From Malacoraja senta (Eukaryota), in contig JAXLNO010000709.1 in assembly GCA_038087875.1 (NCBI GenBank), forward strand, positions 248,001 through 312,000: a DNA stretch of 64,000 bases. Reading direction: 5' to 3'. Position 1 is the stretch's first letter. Every line of letters begins with the position of its first letter. Of this stretch, positions 23,593-37,640 are shown one piece after another. The notes beneath the pieces were generated by a model that did no database searches, was not told the DNA's origin, and saw only the letters and a program-made list of their open reading frames with translations. The position numbers and the translations under genes were made by a program.

Positions 23593-23800
23593 CATAGACC
23601 ATATATATACACACGTAAATAAACAGATAAAATGACCCCCATTCTAATCAAGAATTTGTCTATCTCTGCCTTAAAAATATCCACTGACTTGGCCTCTACA
23701 GCCCTCTGTGGCAATGAGTTCCACAGATTAACTACCCTCTGACCAAAGAAGTTTCACCCCACCTCCTTTCTAAAAGAGCGCCCTTTAATTCTGAGGCTTT
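23593..23800 (-). mobile_element. CR1 fragment adjoining a Rex1 tail (23465-23630)
   Basis: LPQRAVEAKSVDIFKAEIDKFL segment. Confidence 0.7.
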
Positions 23801-24120
23801 GACTTAGTTATGGTCTATGGTCAGGTCGGTGTGGGTCTTTAACGATGCTGGCTGCACTTTTGATGCTGACTGCACATCTCTTTGATGGTGGGCAGGTCTG
23901 TACCCATGATGGAGCATGGTGTTGTGTTCCAGTAGCCACATCATAAGAAAGATGGTAAGAGGGAATATAGAGTAGAAGTGAAAATTAGATGAACCTTAAT
24001 TTTACTGAATGGTGGAGCCTATTCAGGAGATTTCATAGGCTCCCGCTCCTAACTTATATGTTCATTTTTAAGATGACCCGATGGCACGTGTTGTGATGTG
24101 GAGATGACTTTTCGAGTTAA

Positions 24121-24353
24121 AGGGCCTGTCCCACTTGCCGATTTTTTCAGCGTCTGCCGGCATCATTGACTGACGTATAAAGTCACCGAAAAATTTGCGG
24201 CATGATGCGGAGTGATGGCGTATTGACGCGCGGTGTTTTTTCAAGTGTTGCAACATTTTTTTGTCGCCGCTGGATTTAAAAATGTTCAAAATCTTTTGCC
24301 AACCCTGATATGACGCCGGCAGTCGCCGAAAAAATCGCTGTGGGACAGGCCCT
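24121..24353. mobile_element. PIF/Harbinger-type MITE
   Basis: TIRs agggcctgtcccac/gtgggacaggccct with extended subterminal inversion; taa on the left flank, tac on the right. Confidence 0.8.
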
Positions 24354-24377
24354 TACGTGTCTTAATTCATTGCATGT

Positions 24378-24706
24378 AGGGTGGCACAGTGGCGCAGCGG
24401 TAGAGTTGCTGCCTTACAGCACTTACTGCGCCGGAGTCCCAGGTTTGATCCCAACTACGGGTGCTGTCTGTACGAAGTTTGTGCGTTCTCCCCGTGTCCT
24501 GCGTGGGTTTTCTCCGAGATCTTCAGTTTCCTCCCACACTCCAAAGACGTACAGGTTTGAAGGTTAATTGACTTGGGTTTGTATCCTTGGTATAAGTGTA
24601 AATTGTCCCTAGTTTGTGTAGGCATTGTGTTAATGTGCAGGGATCGCTGGCCGGTGCGGATTCGGTGGGCCGAACGGCCTGTTTCCCTGCTGTATCTCTA
24701 AACTAA
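24378..24706 (+). mobile_element. V-SINE
   Basis: gggtggcacagtggcgcagcggtag head, V-domain core, aaact tail. Confidence 0.85.
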
Positions 24707-25780
24707 GCTGGTCACCATCATCTGAAAGATTGGCAATAATTTGAAGAGAAACAATGTAAAGCTGTGCCAAAAAAGAAAACTGAAGCCAAAAAGAGAGGAG
24801 AAACAGAAAATACAATCACAAGTAAAGGATTTGACAGAAGCCTCTATCAGACTAGTAATAATTTGGTTTACTAATTTTATTTAATGATTTGTTTATGTAA
24901 TCCAACTTTTACCCCCTTAATTCAAAATCTGTGTTCAACAGTAAGGATTGTTATGTTCTGATTTATTATCGAAGCATAACATTTATATCCATACAGTGCC
25001 TGCAGGCTGTATGGATAACAGTCACGGATAATTAGCTGCATAAATATGTTGATAGATTTCCTGCTAATTTATGGGGTTTAGCCTCTACTCTAGATGAACG
25101 GGACAATTTAACTCTATTATAAGAGTAAGCCCAGGTTTTTAAATTTGAATTTGACAAAGAGCAGTGTATTCTCGCTGTACAAAAGTTAATGTTGTTCATG
25201 CATTTTGATGATCAGCATGTGATGAGAACAGGAGTAATTAGCTTCAATGTAAATGCGGCACGTACACTGGGACAGAACACATTTAATGGCCTTTTGATAA
25301 ATTGGGGTTGTACTCTGTTAAATAAAGCTGCGGAGTTAGCAAAATTAAGATAATTTGTGTTTAATACGTTGCCCTGATTATAATATGCTATTTGATTGCA
25401 AGACAAAAAGCACGTTTAATGAAGTAGCAGAACAAAGGAGAAGCATTCCTTTCAGTCGGCCAGCTGTGTGGAGCCATTGTCTTTGAAGATTGCTACGGCT
25501 ACTAATTATAGTCTGAAGGACTGCTCTTGTGTAATCTATTCTCAAATGTCAAATTTCCAATATGATTTTAAATGGTGCAGAGATAATGCAAAAATATCTT
25601 AATTGGGTACCAGTTGTTCATTGATCAAGTGCTGCTTTTTGCTTTTCCATCTACATTCTGTTTAAAAGTTGAAGTCCAAACGAATTAAGCAGCGTGAGTT
25701 CCACTGATTCAATGATTTGTCACATAAGTAAACTATATACAATGTTATCTTGCTAGATGTAAACCGATAAGACTGCAGAC

Positions 25781-26400
25781 TTTAGACTTTACTTTAGACT
25801 TTAGAGATACAGCATATAAACAGGCCCTTCGGCCCACCAAGTCCGCGCCGACCAACGATCCACGCACATTAACACTATCCTACACGCGCTAGGGAGAATT
25901 TACAATTTTTAACAACGCCAATTAACCTACAAACCTGTAGGTCTTTGGAGAGTGGGAGGAAACCGGACACCCGGAGAAAACCTGCGCAGGTCACGGGGAG
26001 AACATACAAACTCTGGACAGACAGCTCCCATAGTCAGGATCAAACCCTGGTCTCTGGCGTAGCAAGGCAGCAGCTCTAAAGCTAGACCACTGTCTCCAGT
26101 ATATTTACTTTAGTATTAGAGACGGTATGGAAACAAGCCCTTTGGCCCATTGATTCCATGTCGACCATTGATCAACGGTTCACAATGGTTCCATATTATC
26201 CCACTTTTTCTATCCACTCCTTACACACTGGGGACAATTTACAGAGGGCAATTAACCCATAAACATGCACACCTGTGGTATATCAGAAGGAACTGGAGCA
26301 CCTGAGGTAACCCACATGGTCACGGAGAACATGCAAACTCCACACAGCCAGCACTCGATGTCAGGATAGAACCCAGGTGTGCCACTGTGACTTCCACTGT
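25781..26400 (-). mobile_element. Two adjacent V-SINEs (second degraded)
   Basis: Homologous to other V-SINE copies at ~25781-26093 and ~26110-26400. Confidence 0.75.
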
Positions 26401-26936
26401 GCTGTTGTTAGTATGTGTCATACTGATGCATTGAAAATTCCAGCCATTGCGATCTTGAAGTTTCCTTCACTTCCCTCCTGATTCTTGCTGGCTTCCTGGG
26501 ATAGTTTTACCTGGCACACCGGCCTAAATGTTCTATTTTTGTAACAGTTGATGGTGCCAAATGGCTGAGACTGATTCAGATGGAATTGTGCTGTTACTCA
26601 ATCTTTCAAGTACCTCAGCTCAGTTTTGGGGCAGATACAGAGAAAGAATATACTCAAGTGGTTATTACAAAATAATCAGCAGAGACATACAAAAGAAAAT
26701 GCAAGATTCTACAGATAAAATTGGTTGATATGAGACAATTAGGAAACAGTATTTTTAAGGATTCATTTCCCAAGATCTGATGTATCGTTCGCAAGACCAG
26801 CCTCAATTGCGCATGGGAGGTTGGTAATGAGCCTCATTCATGAACTACTGCATTTCTTCTGACAAGGGTACAGCCAAAGTGCTGATGGGCAAGGTTACAG
26901 GATTTAAGCCCAGCGAATTGAGAGAGGAACCTAAAG

Positions 26937-27232
26937 GTTTAGTTTAGTTTAGAGATACAGCGCGGAAAGAGGCCCTTCGGCCCGCCGAGTCTGCACCGAC
27001 CAGCGATCCCCACATATTAACACAATCCTACACACACTAGGGACAATTTTACATTTCTACCAAGCCAATTAACCTACAAACCTGTACATCTTTGGAGGAA
27101 ACCGAAGATCTCGAAGAAAACCCACACAGGTCACGGGGAGAACATACAAACTCGTAGTCGGGATCGAACCCGGGTCTTTGGCGCTGTAACCACTGTAAGG
27201 CAGCAACTCTACTGCCGTGCCACCATGCTGCC
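26937..27232 (-). mobile_element. V-SINE
   Basis: A/B boxes, V-domain, tail. Confidence 0.85.
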
Positions 27233-27419
27233 CTGGTGCCAGGTGGTGGCCTTTCACTCGCCTGCTGCCCATGTTTATCTTGATGCTAGCGGATGCAGGT
27301 TTGGAGTGTTCATGAAGTGGCCTAAGGACTAACGGCAGTGCATTTTGTATGTGTTAGACTTTGCAACCACTATGCACTGTTGGTTGAGGGAATCAAATGT
27401 TTGGTACTGGTATTTTTTT

Positions 27420-28190
27420 ATTGTTACATGTACTGAGATACAGTGAAACGTATATTTTGTATGCCACCCAGGCAAACCATACCATACACGATTGCAAAAG
27501 TAGTGCAAAAGTGAAAATAAAAGAGTGCAGCATATAAGTACCTAGAAATGACAGGTTAAAAAAAAAGTGCAAGAGCTGTAACAAGTTAGATTGGAAAATT
27601 AGGAATAGAACGTTAGCATTTGAAAGGTCCATTCAAGAGTCTGATAACAGCAGGGACAAGTTCTTGAATCTGGCAGGATTGCTTTTAAGCTTTTGTATCT
27701 TCTATCTGATGGGACAGAGAAGAGAGGATGACTATGTGTGCAGTCCTTGGCTGCTTTCCCGAGACAGCATGGTGTAGATGGAGTCAATGGGGGGTATGAA
27801 CTGGACTGTATCCTTGACTCTGTGTTTTCTTGCAGTCTTGGACAGAACAGTTGCCATGCCAAGCTGTGATGCATTCACATGGGATGTTTTCTATCGTGCG
27901 TCTATAGAAATTGCTAAGAGTCATTGGGGACATGCCAAATGTCCTTAGTTTGCCGAAGAGGTAGAGGCATTGGTGTGCTATCTTTGATGCATTGTCGATG
28001 TGGTTGGATCAGGTCAAATTGCTGGTGATATTTACACATGTTGAAGCTCTCGACCATCTCTACTTTGGCACCTTGATGCAAACTGAAATATGTATTGGAC
28101 CCTGTTTCCACAAGTCAATGACCAGCTCCTTTGTTTTGCTGACATTGAGAAAGAAGCTGTTGTGTTGGCAGCATTCTTTCTCCTTCCAGC
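27420..28190 (-). mobile_element. Degraded Rex1-like LINE
   Basis: CQHNSFFLNVSKTKELVID..PSDRRYKSLK segments. Confidence 0.7.
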
Positions 28191-28197
28191 ACTCCAT

Positions 28198-30630
28198 GTC
28201 ATAGAGTGATATAGTGTGGAAACAGGCCCTTCGACTCAACTTGCCCACACCGGCCAACATGTCCTAGCTACACTCGCCCCACCTGCCTGCACTTGGTTCA
28301 TATCCCTCCAAACCTGTCCTATCCATGTGCCTGTCTAACCGTTTCTTAAACGTTGGGATAGTCCCAGCCTCAACTAACTCATCTGGCAGCTTGTTCCATA
28401 GTCACCACCCTTTGTGTGAAAAACTTACCCCTCAGATTCCTATTAAATCATTTCCCCTTCACCTTGAACCTATGTCCTCTGGTCCTCAATTCCCCTACTC
28501 TGGGAAAGAGACCCTGTGCATCTACCCAAACTATTCCTCTCATGATTTTGTACACCTCTATAAGATTACCCCTCATCCTCCTGCGCTCAAAGGAGTAGGG
28601 GCCCAGCCTACTCAACTTCCCCCTATAGCTCACACCCTCTAGTCCTGACAACATCTTCGTTAATCTTCGCTGAACCCTTTCAAGCTTGATAATATCTTTC
28701 CTATACCATGTGTGTATATATTTATAGAATGGTATATGGACACACTGATCTGTTTTGTAGTCAATGCCTACTATGTTCTGTTGTGCTGAAGCAAAGCAAG
28801 AATTTCATTGTCCTATCAGGGACACATGACAATAAACTCACTTGAACTTGTTCAGAACTGAACACAATATTCTAAATGCAGTCAATAGACAATAGATGCA
28901 GGAGTAGGCCATTCGGCCCTTTGAGCCAGCACCGACATTCAATGTGATCATGGCTGATCATCCCCAATTACCAACGTCTTATACAACTGCAACATGACGT
29001 TCCAACTTCTATACTCTATTCTCTGCCCGATGAAGGCCAATGTTAACTACCTGCGACTCGACCTTCAAGGAACCATGCACCTGAACTCCTAGATCTCTCT
29101 GCTCTACAACGCTCCCCAGAGGCCTACCATTTACTATGTAGGTCCTGCCCTTGTTAGACATCCCAAAATGCAACACATCACACTTCTCTGTATTGAATTC
29201 CATCAATCATTCCTCAGCCCACCTGGCCAATCGATCCAGATCCTGCTGCAATCGTTCACAACCATCTTCACTATCAGCAAAACCACTAACTTTTGTATCA
29301 TCAGCAAACTTGCTAATCTTGCCCTGTATGTTCTCATCCAAATCATTGATGTAGATGACAAACAGTAACGGGCCCAGCACCGAATGCTGAGGCACACCAC
29401 TAGTCACAGGCCTCCAGACCGAGAAGCTACCTTCCACCATCACTCTCTGCTTCCTTCCATGGAGCCAATTTGCTATCCATTCAGCTATCTCTCCTTGGAT
29501 CCCATGCGATCTAACCTTTCAGAGCAGCCTACCATGCGGAACCATACTGAAATCCTACAGCTCTCTCCTCGTCGACCTTTTTTGTCACGTCTTCAAAAAC
29601 TCAATCAGATTTGTGAGACACGACCTCCCACGTACAAAACCATGCTGACTATCCCTAATCAGCCCTTGCCCGTCCAAATACCTGTATAACCTACCCCTCA
29701 GAATACTCTCTAGTAACTTTCCAACTACAGATGTTAAGCTCACCGGCTTATAGTTCCCAGCAGTTTCCCTGCAACCCTTCTTGAAAAGCGGCACAACATT
29801 TGCCACCCTCCAGTCTTCCGGCACCTCTCCTGTATTTAAGGATGACTCATAAATTTCAACCAGCGCTCCCGCAATTTCCTCTCTGGTTTCCCACAATGTC
29901 CTCGGATATATCTGATCTGGTCCTGGAGATTTATCTACCTTCATACATGATAGTAACTTCAGTCCTTCTTCGACAGGAACACTCACTGCTCTCATGACAC
30001 TTCCATTGACTGCCCCAAGTTCCTCCATCCTACAGTCTTTCTCCTCAGTAAATACAGAGGCGAAATACTCATTGAGGACCTTGCCCATCTTCTGTAGCTC
30101 CATACAGAGGTGACTGCTTTGATTCCTGAGAGGTCCCGCTCTCCCTCTAGTTACCCTTTTCCCCCTTATGTATTTATAAAATCTTTTGGGATTGTCCTTA
30201 ATGCTACCCGCCAGAGCTATCTCCTGCCCCCTTTTTGCCCTTCTGATCTCCTTTTTCCGTTTACTCCTTAGTTCCCGAAACTCCTCCAGGGATGCACTTG
30301 ATCCCAGCTGCCTATAACTGTCTCATGCATCCTTGTTCTTGACCAATGCCTCAACTTCCCTCGTCAGCCAAGCTTCCTTACGTTTGCCTGCTTTGCCCTT
30401 CACTCTAATGGGGATGTACGTATCCTGAGCTTTTGTCAGCATACTTTTAAAAACATCCCACTTGGACGATGTTCCTTTCCCCTCAAATAACCTGCTCCAG
30501 TCAACTTGAGCGAGACCTTCTCTCATACCCTCAAAGTTGGCCTTACCCCAGTTGAGCATTTTAACACGTGGGGCCTCTGTCCCTATCCATAACTATCTTA
30601 AACCTAATCGAACTGTGGTCACTAGTCCCA
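28198..30630 (-). mobile_element. CR1 LINE ORF2 (RT) remnant with nested short tails
   Basis: DKSPGPDQIYPR..DWRVANVVPLFKKG..SQHGFVRGRSCLTNL; GVPQ.SVLGPLLFVIYINDL..FADDTK; nested Rex1 tail ~28710-28850 and CR1 tail ~28882-28968. Confidence 0.93.
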
Positions 30631-31604
30631 TCTCATCATTATTCAAGATCTGTCCTACTATGGTGGTGTGATCTGCAATCTTGTAAATGGTGTTAGAGCA
30701 GAATTTTACCGCACTGTCGTGAGTGTATAGAAAGCAGAGTAAGGGGCTGTTGAGTATTGCAGGGCTTTGGAGTTGAGAATTATCATGGGGGACATTTTGT
30801 CGACTATTCCTGCTGATTTGGGTGAGGAGGTCATGGATAGCATTGCAGAGAAGGATGCCAAGTCCTGGGTCTAGGAGTTTTTAGAGGGGCTTGGTTGGAA
30901 TTTTCATGTTGCAGGCGGAGCTTTAGTCAATAAATAGGAGTCTGTTTAGAGTGGAAGAGTCAATGGAGAGTTGATCAACTGCACTGCTTTGTCTTGTCAA
31001 GCTTCCTGAGATTTGTTGGAGCTGTGCTCATCCAGGCAAGTGCAGATATATCATACTCCGAACATGTGCCTTGCAGATGGTGGACAATGTTTGAAATTTC
31101 AACAGGGGAATCACTTGACCCATGATATCAGCTACTGACCTGCCCTTGCAGCCACAATATTTACATGGCCGGTCCAGTTATGTTCGTGGTCAACGATGAT
31201 ACTTCAGATATTGCCAGATCTTTGCCTATTCACTTAATCTATCTATTATAATAATAACGTATCCTTTGTAGCCTCCTCATATCCTTTTCATAATATACTT
31301 TCCTATTATCTGTGTGTCACAACAAATTTAGCAGCCGTACGTTCAGTGTCTTGATATATGTAAATTGTAAAAACAATGAGGCCCCAGTCCCAATCCCTCT
31401 GGCACCCAATTAATTATTTCTTGCCATCCAAAAAAAAATCCACTCAGATGCACTCTTTCTTTCATGTTTGCTAGCAATCTTCTATCCATTCCAATATGTT
31501 ACCACCAGCACCATCAACTTTTAGTGATATCAAATTCTTCAGGAAATCTAAGTATGGCACATCTGCTCGTTCCCCTTTATTCACAGCAGAACGCAAAAAT
31601 TAAT

Positions 31605-31930
31605 AAGATAGATACAAAATGCTGGAGACTGAAGAAGGGTCTCGACCCGAAATGTCACCCATTCCTTCTCTCCAGAGATGCTGCCTGTCCTGCTGAGTTA
31701 CTCCAGCATTTTGTTTCTATCTTCGATTTCAATCTGCATCTGCAGTTCTTTCCTACACGTAAGAATTAAGAACATGAGTTAAATTTAAGATAGACTCAAA
31801 ATGCTGGAGTAACTCCACGGGACAGGCAGTATCTCTGGATGGAAGGAATGGGTGATGTTTCGGGTCGAGACCCTTCTTCAGACTGAGAGTCAGGGGGGAG
31901 GGAGACACAGAGATATGGAAGGGTAAGTTA
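31605..31930. mobile_element. Two Penelope-derived hammerhead-bearing repeats in opposite orientation
   Basis: + motif at 31629 (ctgaagaagggtctcgacccgaaatgtc); - motif at ~31852-31881. Confidence 0.8.
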
Positions 31931-32427
31931 AACTTATTTGGCACTGCGAACCTGCTTTGCCATTCATCAAGATCATGGATTATCGTCTTTGCCTTGATTA
32001 CCTTGATTATCTTCTTATTACCTTGATTCCATTTTCATACATTGTCCACATGTCCTACACTATCTACACTATTCCATTTTCCTACACTATCTACATATCC
32101 CTCGATTGTCTTTATTTCCGGAAATATGTTTTGAAGGATCCCATTGAATGAGCCTCCATGGCCCTCCAGGGTAGAGACCGCAAAGTATTTTCATCTTAGT
32201 CCTAAATGATCTCCCCCTTATTCTGAGATTATGACCCATGTTACCTTTTCAAAGAATTCCAATAACTTAGTCAAATATTTCCCTTTCACAAATATGCAAC
32301 ACATTTGTCTGATTGTTAAATTTTTCTAAGTGTCTTGCTACAAAGTACTTAATAATATTTTTTAACACTTAATTAACAATAATACTACTAACACTTCCCC
32401 TACGACAAATGTTAAGGTCCTTTACTG

Positions 32428-32835
32428 GGATAGACTCGGCTTGTACTCGCTAGAATTTAGAAGATTGAGGGGGGATCTTATAGAAACTTACAAAATTCTT
32501 AAGGGGTTGGACAGGCTAGATGCAGGAAGATTGTTCCCAATGTTGGGGAAGTCCAGAACAAGGGGTCACAGTTTAAGGATAAGGGGGGAGTCTTTTAAGA
32601 CCGAGATGAGAAAAACATATTTCACACAGAGAGTGGTGAATCTCTGGAATTCTCTGCCACAGTTCATTGGCTATATTTAAGAGGGAGTTAGATGTGGCTA
32701 AGGGGATCAGGGGGTATGGAGAGAAGGCAGGTACGTGATACTGAGTTGGATGATCAGCCATGATCATATTGAATGGCGGTGAAGGCTCGAAGGGCCGAAT
32801 GGCCTACTCCTGCACCGATTTTCTATGTTTCTATG
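32428..32835 (+). mobile_element. CR1 3' fragment
   Basis: YSLEFRRLRGDLIETYKIL; ttctatgt tail. Confidence 0.9.
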
Positions 32836-33262
32836 TAACTGCAGTCCTCAGGAGTTCTTGCAGCTCACCTCAAATACTCTTGCGAAATGTGATCATATGG
32901 AGTATGAAAAAAGTTGCAACAAAAATCATATTTGGGATTTTGGTCATTCTTTTATTTCCAGAAAGAATTTCTAGATTGAACCAAGTGAATTCCCACTTGA
33001 TTTTGTAAGCATTGCAAACTTTTGCCATTGAATGTCTACATCTGATCCAAACAGGAGGGCTTGCCAAGTCTTAAGCTTGATTAATGAGGTTCAGGTATCC
33101 ATACCAACCTCTTTCTTTATTTTGAATGCAGCTACGGTTGTTTACCTAAAAACCACATCGCAAGGGTGAGAGGGGAGGAGAGGTGGCCAATTTTATCAAG
33201 ACGTTCACTGGCTAGTATCTAAATGGAAGTAAATCAATGTCAGAGACTGGAGCAAAGGGATA

Positions 33263-33454
33263 CAGTGCTCTCCATAATGTTTGGGACAAAGACCAATCAT
33301 TTATTTATTTGCCTCTGTACTCCACAATTTGAGATTTGTGATAGAAAAAATCACATGTGGTTAAAGTGCACATTGTCAGATTTTAATAAAGGCCATTTTT
33401 ATACATTTTGGTTTCACCATGTAGAAATTACAGCAGTGTTTATGGAGGGCACCG
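33263..33454. mobile_element. Tc1/mariner deletion derivative
   Basis: TIRs cagtgctctccataa/ttatggagggcaccg flanked by TA on both sides. Confidence 0.8.
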
Positions 33455-34489
33455 TACATGGCTGCTTACAACAGTGCTTAAAATGTGAGCACTCATTTTT
33501 TGTTATTGTACCACAGGGCTTCAGTTACCAGATGTCAGTTTTGGGAAACAATGGTCTCTTTATTTTCTTCTGTCCAGCGTGTCCCATTTGGCATATACGT
33601 GAATCATGATGGGAGAGATCTAGAAACAAGCTCTTCTGTCTTAACCAGCAATGTACTAATTTAAAACCTATATGATGCACAGTACCAAAGCAACAAATGC
33701 ATTGAATAGTATTTTTCATATTTAGATTGTACGTTGCAAACGTTGCTTTTCGTATGCTTGTAAATATCCCAACTCTTCTTCCTAATCCTTTTCCAGGTTG
33801 TTTTGTTCCTGATAATTTTAAATAAATGTTTATTAACTAGGTTATGATCTTGAAGTTCTTGACTTGTCCTTTCTTCCTTTGGGCTTTGAGCCAGCTCTAT
33901 CGTTGTCATCTGCAGGCTTGGGCCAGTTCACTGCCCAGAACATGTGCCTTTTGCTATCTTGGGTATTATATTATAGCAATGTGTCCTGTACCAGCGCTTG
34001 TATTAACACCACAACTATTATTTATACCTCACTCTCTGTTTAAACTGGCCAGAGAGCAATCAGAACTGCCAAACCCCAAGCTAAAATGTTACTGCTTACT
34101 GACATTTAAAATGCACTGATTTAGTTATACGGACAGTTGCAGAGAAGCAATTAGTCCTTTGAATTTCATTAACTATAATTCTTTGTAGAACTATGGAAAA
34201 TGCTGCTTATAAATATAATTTCTAAAATCAGTCAATTGCCATCTTTCCTCTTTTGAGAACCTGAAATCAATAATAGACAGTAGAATACTGACATTAAGAA
34301 GACAACAGGTTCTGTTGAGGATGAGTAGTTTGGTCTTGCACCTCAACTTGACTCTTTGGGCATAGCACAGACCCTTTGACCCATCAAGTCTATTTCTACC
34401 CTCGCCAATTTTATTCTCCCGACATTCCTATCAGCGTCTTCTACCCTAAAAATGTACCACACACACTCGAGACAATTTATAGGCAATTT

Positions 34490-34982
34490 GTCCTGGACCA
34501 ACCACATCGAAGCTATGGCCAAGAAAGCACGCCAACACCTCTACTTCCTTAAAAAGCTTAGGAAATTCAGCATGTCCCAACAACCCTCACCAGCTTCTAC
34601 AGATGCGCTGTAGAAAACTAAGGCCACCGCCATAATCAAGGACTCGTCTCACCCCAGTCACTCCCCTCTCCCATCTAGCAAAGAGGTACCGAAGTTTAAA
34701 AACCCATACCTCCGGATTCAGGGACAATTTCTTCCCAGCTATCACCAGGCAACTGAACCGTCTTCTCATCAACTAGAGTCCGATCCTGACCTCCCATCTA
34801 CCCCATTGGAGACCTTTGAGCTATCTTTAATCGGATTTTATCTTGCTCCCTATATCCTGTATCTGTGCACTGAGGACAGCTTGATTATAATCATGTATAG
34901 TCTTCTCTTTGGCTGGACAGCACACAAACAAAAGCTTTTCTCTCTATCTCGGTACAAGTGACAATAATAAACTAAACTTAAC
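34490..34982 (+). mobile_element. Rex1-like LINE 3' fragment
   Basis: LSWTNHIEAMAKKARQHLYFLKKLRKF; tail gtgacaataa(aaact)n. Confidence 0.8.
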
Positions 34983-35917
34983 TAATCTACCAACTCGCTC
35001 ATTTTTAGGATGTGGAAGGAAATTGGATCAAATCGTCTGACCTCAAATTAAAAGGCATTGTTTCCCTGCATAATCATTCTTGCTAACATTTGCAATTACG
35101 TGATAAAGTATGAATTACTGTGTCACGTTTCTTGTTTGTGGCCTTGGAGCAATAATGGTTCCAACAATTTCAATGTCAGAAATCATAAAAGAAATGGAGA
35201 GATCAATAATTGACCTTCTGCCACAAAACAGCAATCACTATTCAGGATTTTAAAGACATCAAAAAGCAATCTATTTGGAAAGGGCAAAGCTGTGATTACA
35301 TAGCAGGAGGAGAATGAGGGGAGATAAGAATAGTGTTAGGATGCAGAAAGGCAAAGGCAAAGTCTTGTGGCTTGTATTTAAAAGAAAGGATGAGGGGAAA
35401 AAAGCTTCTGGTTAGGATGAGGGATGAAATGTGGTCACAGAGGCATTGGAAATTTGGGATGAGACCTTGAAGTCAACTAACTGAGGCACAGATCTGGTGG
35501 AATTTAGGAGGAATTAGAGTTGATTAGAGTTAGGATGATTAGAGTTTAGAAGTCATGCCATGTGAAGAGTGCAGGCCTGATTAATTTAAATTGACTGGAG
35601 ATTGTGATGAACAGGATCAATGAAGGTACTATGGAATCAAAGGTAGAGAAATACAACACCTTGGCTTTAGGCAGGAAAATATGTCGAGAAAAGGACAAAA
35701 ATTGAGATTGTTATGGAGGTGAAAGAGTAAATGTGGGGCACAGGCTGAGCTTGAGTTTGAGCAATGGCAACATTTTACAGTTTGTGGCTCTATACCTACC
35801 TCATTGGCTACATTATGTCATAGAGCCATAAACACGGAAAAAGGCCCTTCAGCCCAACTCGTCCTTGCCGACCAAGGTGCCCCATCTAAGCGTGTCCCAT
35901 TTGCCCGCGTTTACCCA

Positions 35918-37144
35918 TCTATCTATCTATATATGTTACTAAAACTCTCAACTTGTTTCTATATTTCTATATTTGTTTGCCGGTTTGTATGTACCTATAT
36001 TTGCGCAGAAACGGTACAATATAATGCTACAATTTTTGGCCCACCTCACTCACCATTGTCCTGTGATGTCAATGAAACAAGTTTCGTTCAGATTGATGGT
36101 ATATTGTACAAGTTATTGGCATTTTAAACTTTACAAAACCACCTTTAAAGCTACAATGTTTGGCCCACCTTACTCACCGCTGTCCTGTAATATCAATTAA
36201 ACAAGTTTTGTTCAGATTGATGGTATATTTTACAAGTTATTGACATTTTAATCTTTACAAAAACCACGTTAAAAAAGCTCTTTTCCACTTGCCCTGCCCG
36301 TCAACAGTGTTCCACCCCACAATCACATCACAATGGGATCCCGAATTTCATTTATATTTTAAAAATTCAGTTTTCAAAAAGAAACCGTAATTTTCATGGT
36401 GGATGGGGGGAGGTTTCATTTAAAACAAAACATCACAATTTTCATTGTGAGGGTGGGATAGGGGGGAGGTTTCATTTTTAAAAAATCACCATTTTCATTG
36501 TGGGGGTGGGATAGGGGGGAGGTTTCCATTCATATAAAAAATCGCGAAAAATAAAGTTTAAAATTAAATCGTGATTTACATTGTGGGAGGGTGGGATGGG
36601 GGAGGTTTCATTTGGAGAAAAAAATTGAGATTTTCATTGTGGGGGGATGGGTGGGATAGGGGGAGATTACCATTTTCATTAAAAAAAACGCTGAAACAAA
36701 CAGTTTAAAAAAAACTTGATTTTCATTGTTGGGGGGGAGGGGTGGAATAGGGGGGAGGTGAGGAGTGGGGGAGGAGGGGGATAGAGGGAGAGGATGGGGA
36801 TAGGGAGGGGAGAGGGGTTATGGAGGGGGGGAGGGAGTGACTGAGGGCAGGGGAAAGGAGAGGGAGGGAGTGGTGAGGGAGGGAGTGGGGAGGGGAGGAG
36901 GAGAGGGGAAAGATGAGGGAGGGTGAAGAGGAGGGGGAGGGAGTGCTGGGGATGAGAGGGAATGGAGGAGGATAGGGGTAGGAAGAGGCGCAGTAGGGGA
37001 GGGTTGCCGTGACTCGCGTCACAACAGGGATCTCTCGCGTCACAACGGGAACCCGTCAACCGCGCCTACGCAGTTGGGGGCTATGGATGAGAGGCGAAAT
37101 ATTGCGTTCGGGGAATGAGCCATAACGGGTCCCACTTGGTCTGG
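35918..37144 (+). mobile_element. Non-autonomous Helitron-like element
   Basis: Begins TC and ends CTGG (CTRR); sits between A and T of a CR1 3' end (ccca|tatccctc) with no TSD; internal tandem repeats. Confidence 0.7.
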
Positions 37145-37640
37145 TATCCCTCTAAACCTCTCCATGTACCTGTCCAAATGTTGCTATTGTACCTGCCTCA
37201 ACTACCTCCTCTGCATCTCATTTCATATACCCACCACTCTCTGAATGGAAAAAGTTGTTCCTCAGATATCTATTAAATCCTTCCGCTCTCACCTGCAAAC
37301 CTCTGTCCTCTGGTTCTTGATCCTCTCCAGGCACAAACATGGATATATCTATCGGCATAAGCTTTGGCCTATTTCTGTGCCCTCTGATTGTCAAGTCATT
37401 CCTTTAACTTTTATGAAGCTCTCCCATTACCCCACAAACTACTGGCGGGGTGGGAGATTGCAACCTTCACGTGGTCTACCCTGTTTCGACGAATGCAATC
37501 AACCTGGCGTGCACAAACAGAAGATCAAACAGAACAAGTTGTCTTACAACTTTAGGCTGTGCACGCCATACGCAAGAAGAAGACAAACTACTGGCCTTCA
37601 GTCACTCAGATCTCACTTTCTGTTTTTCCTGCTTCTATAT

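Noticed and set aside
24378..24460. tRNA genes at V-SINE heads
   Set aside because: A/B boxes continue directly into SINE core and tail; no complete cloverleaf.
36390..36760. Regularly spaced ~60-bp repeats as a CRISPR-like array
   Set aside because: Degenerate tandem repeats with related A-rich spacers inside a eukaryotic Helitron-like element; no cas genes.
36679..37059. Pro/Ser/Leu-rich ORFs
   Set aside because: Low-complexity translation of the purine tract.
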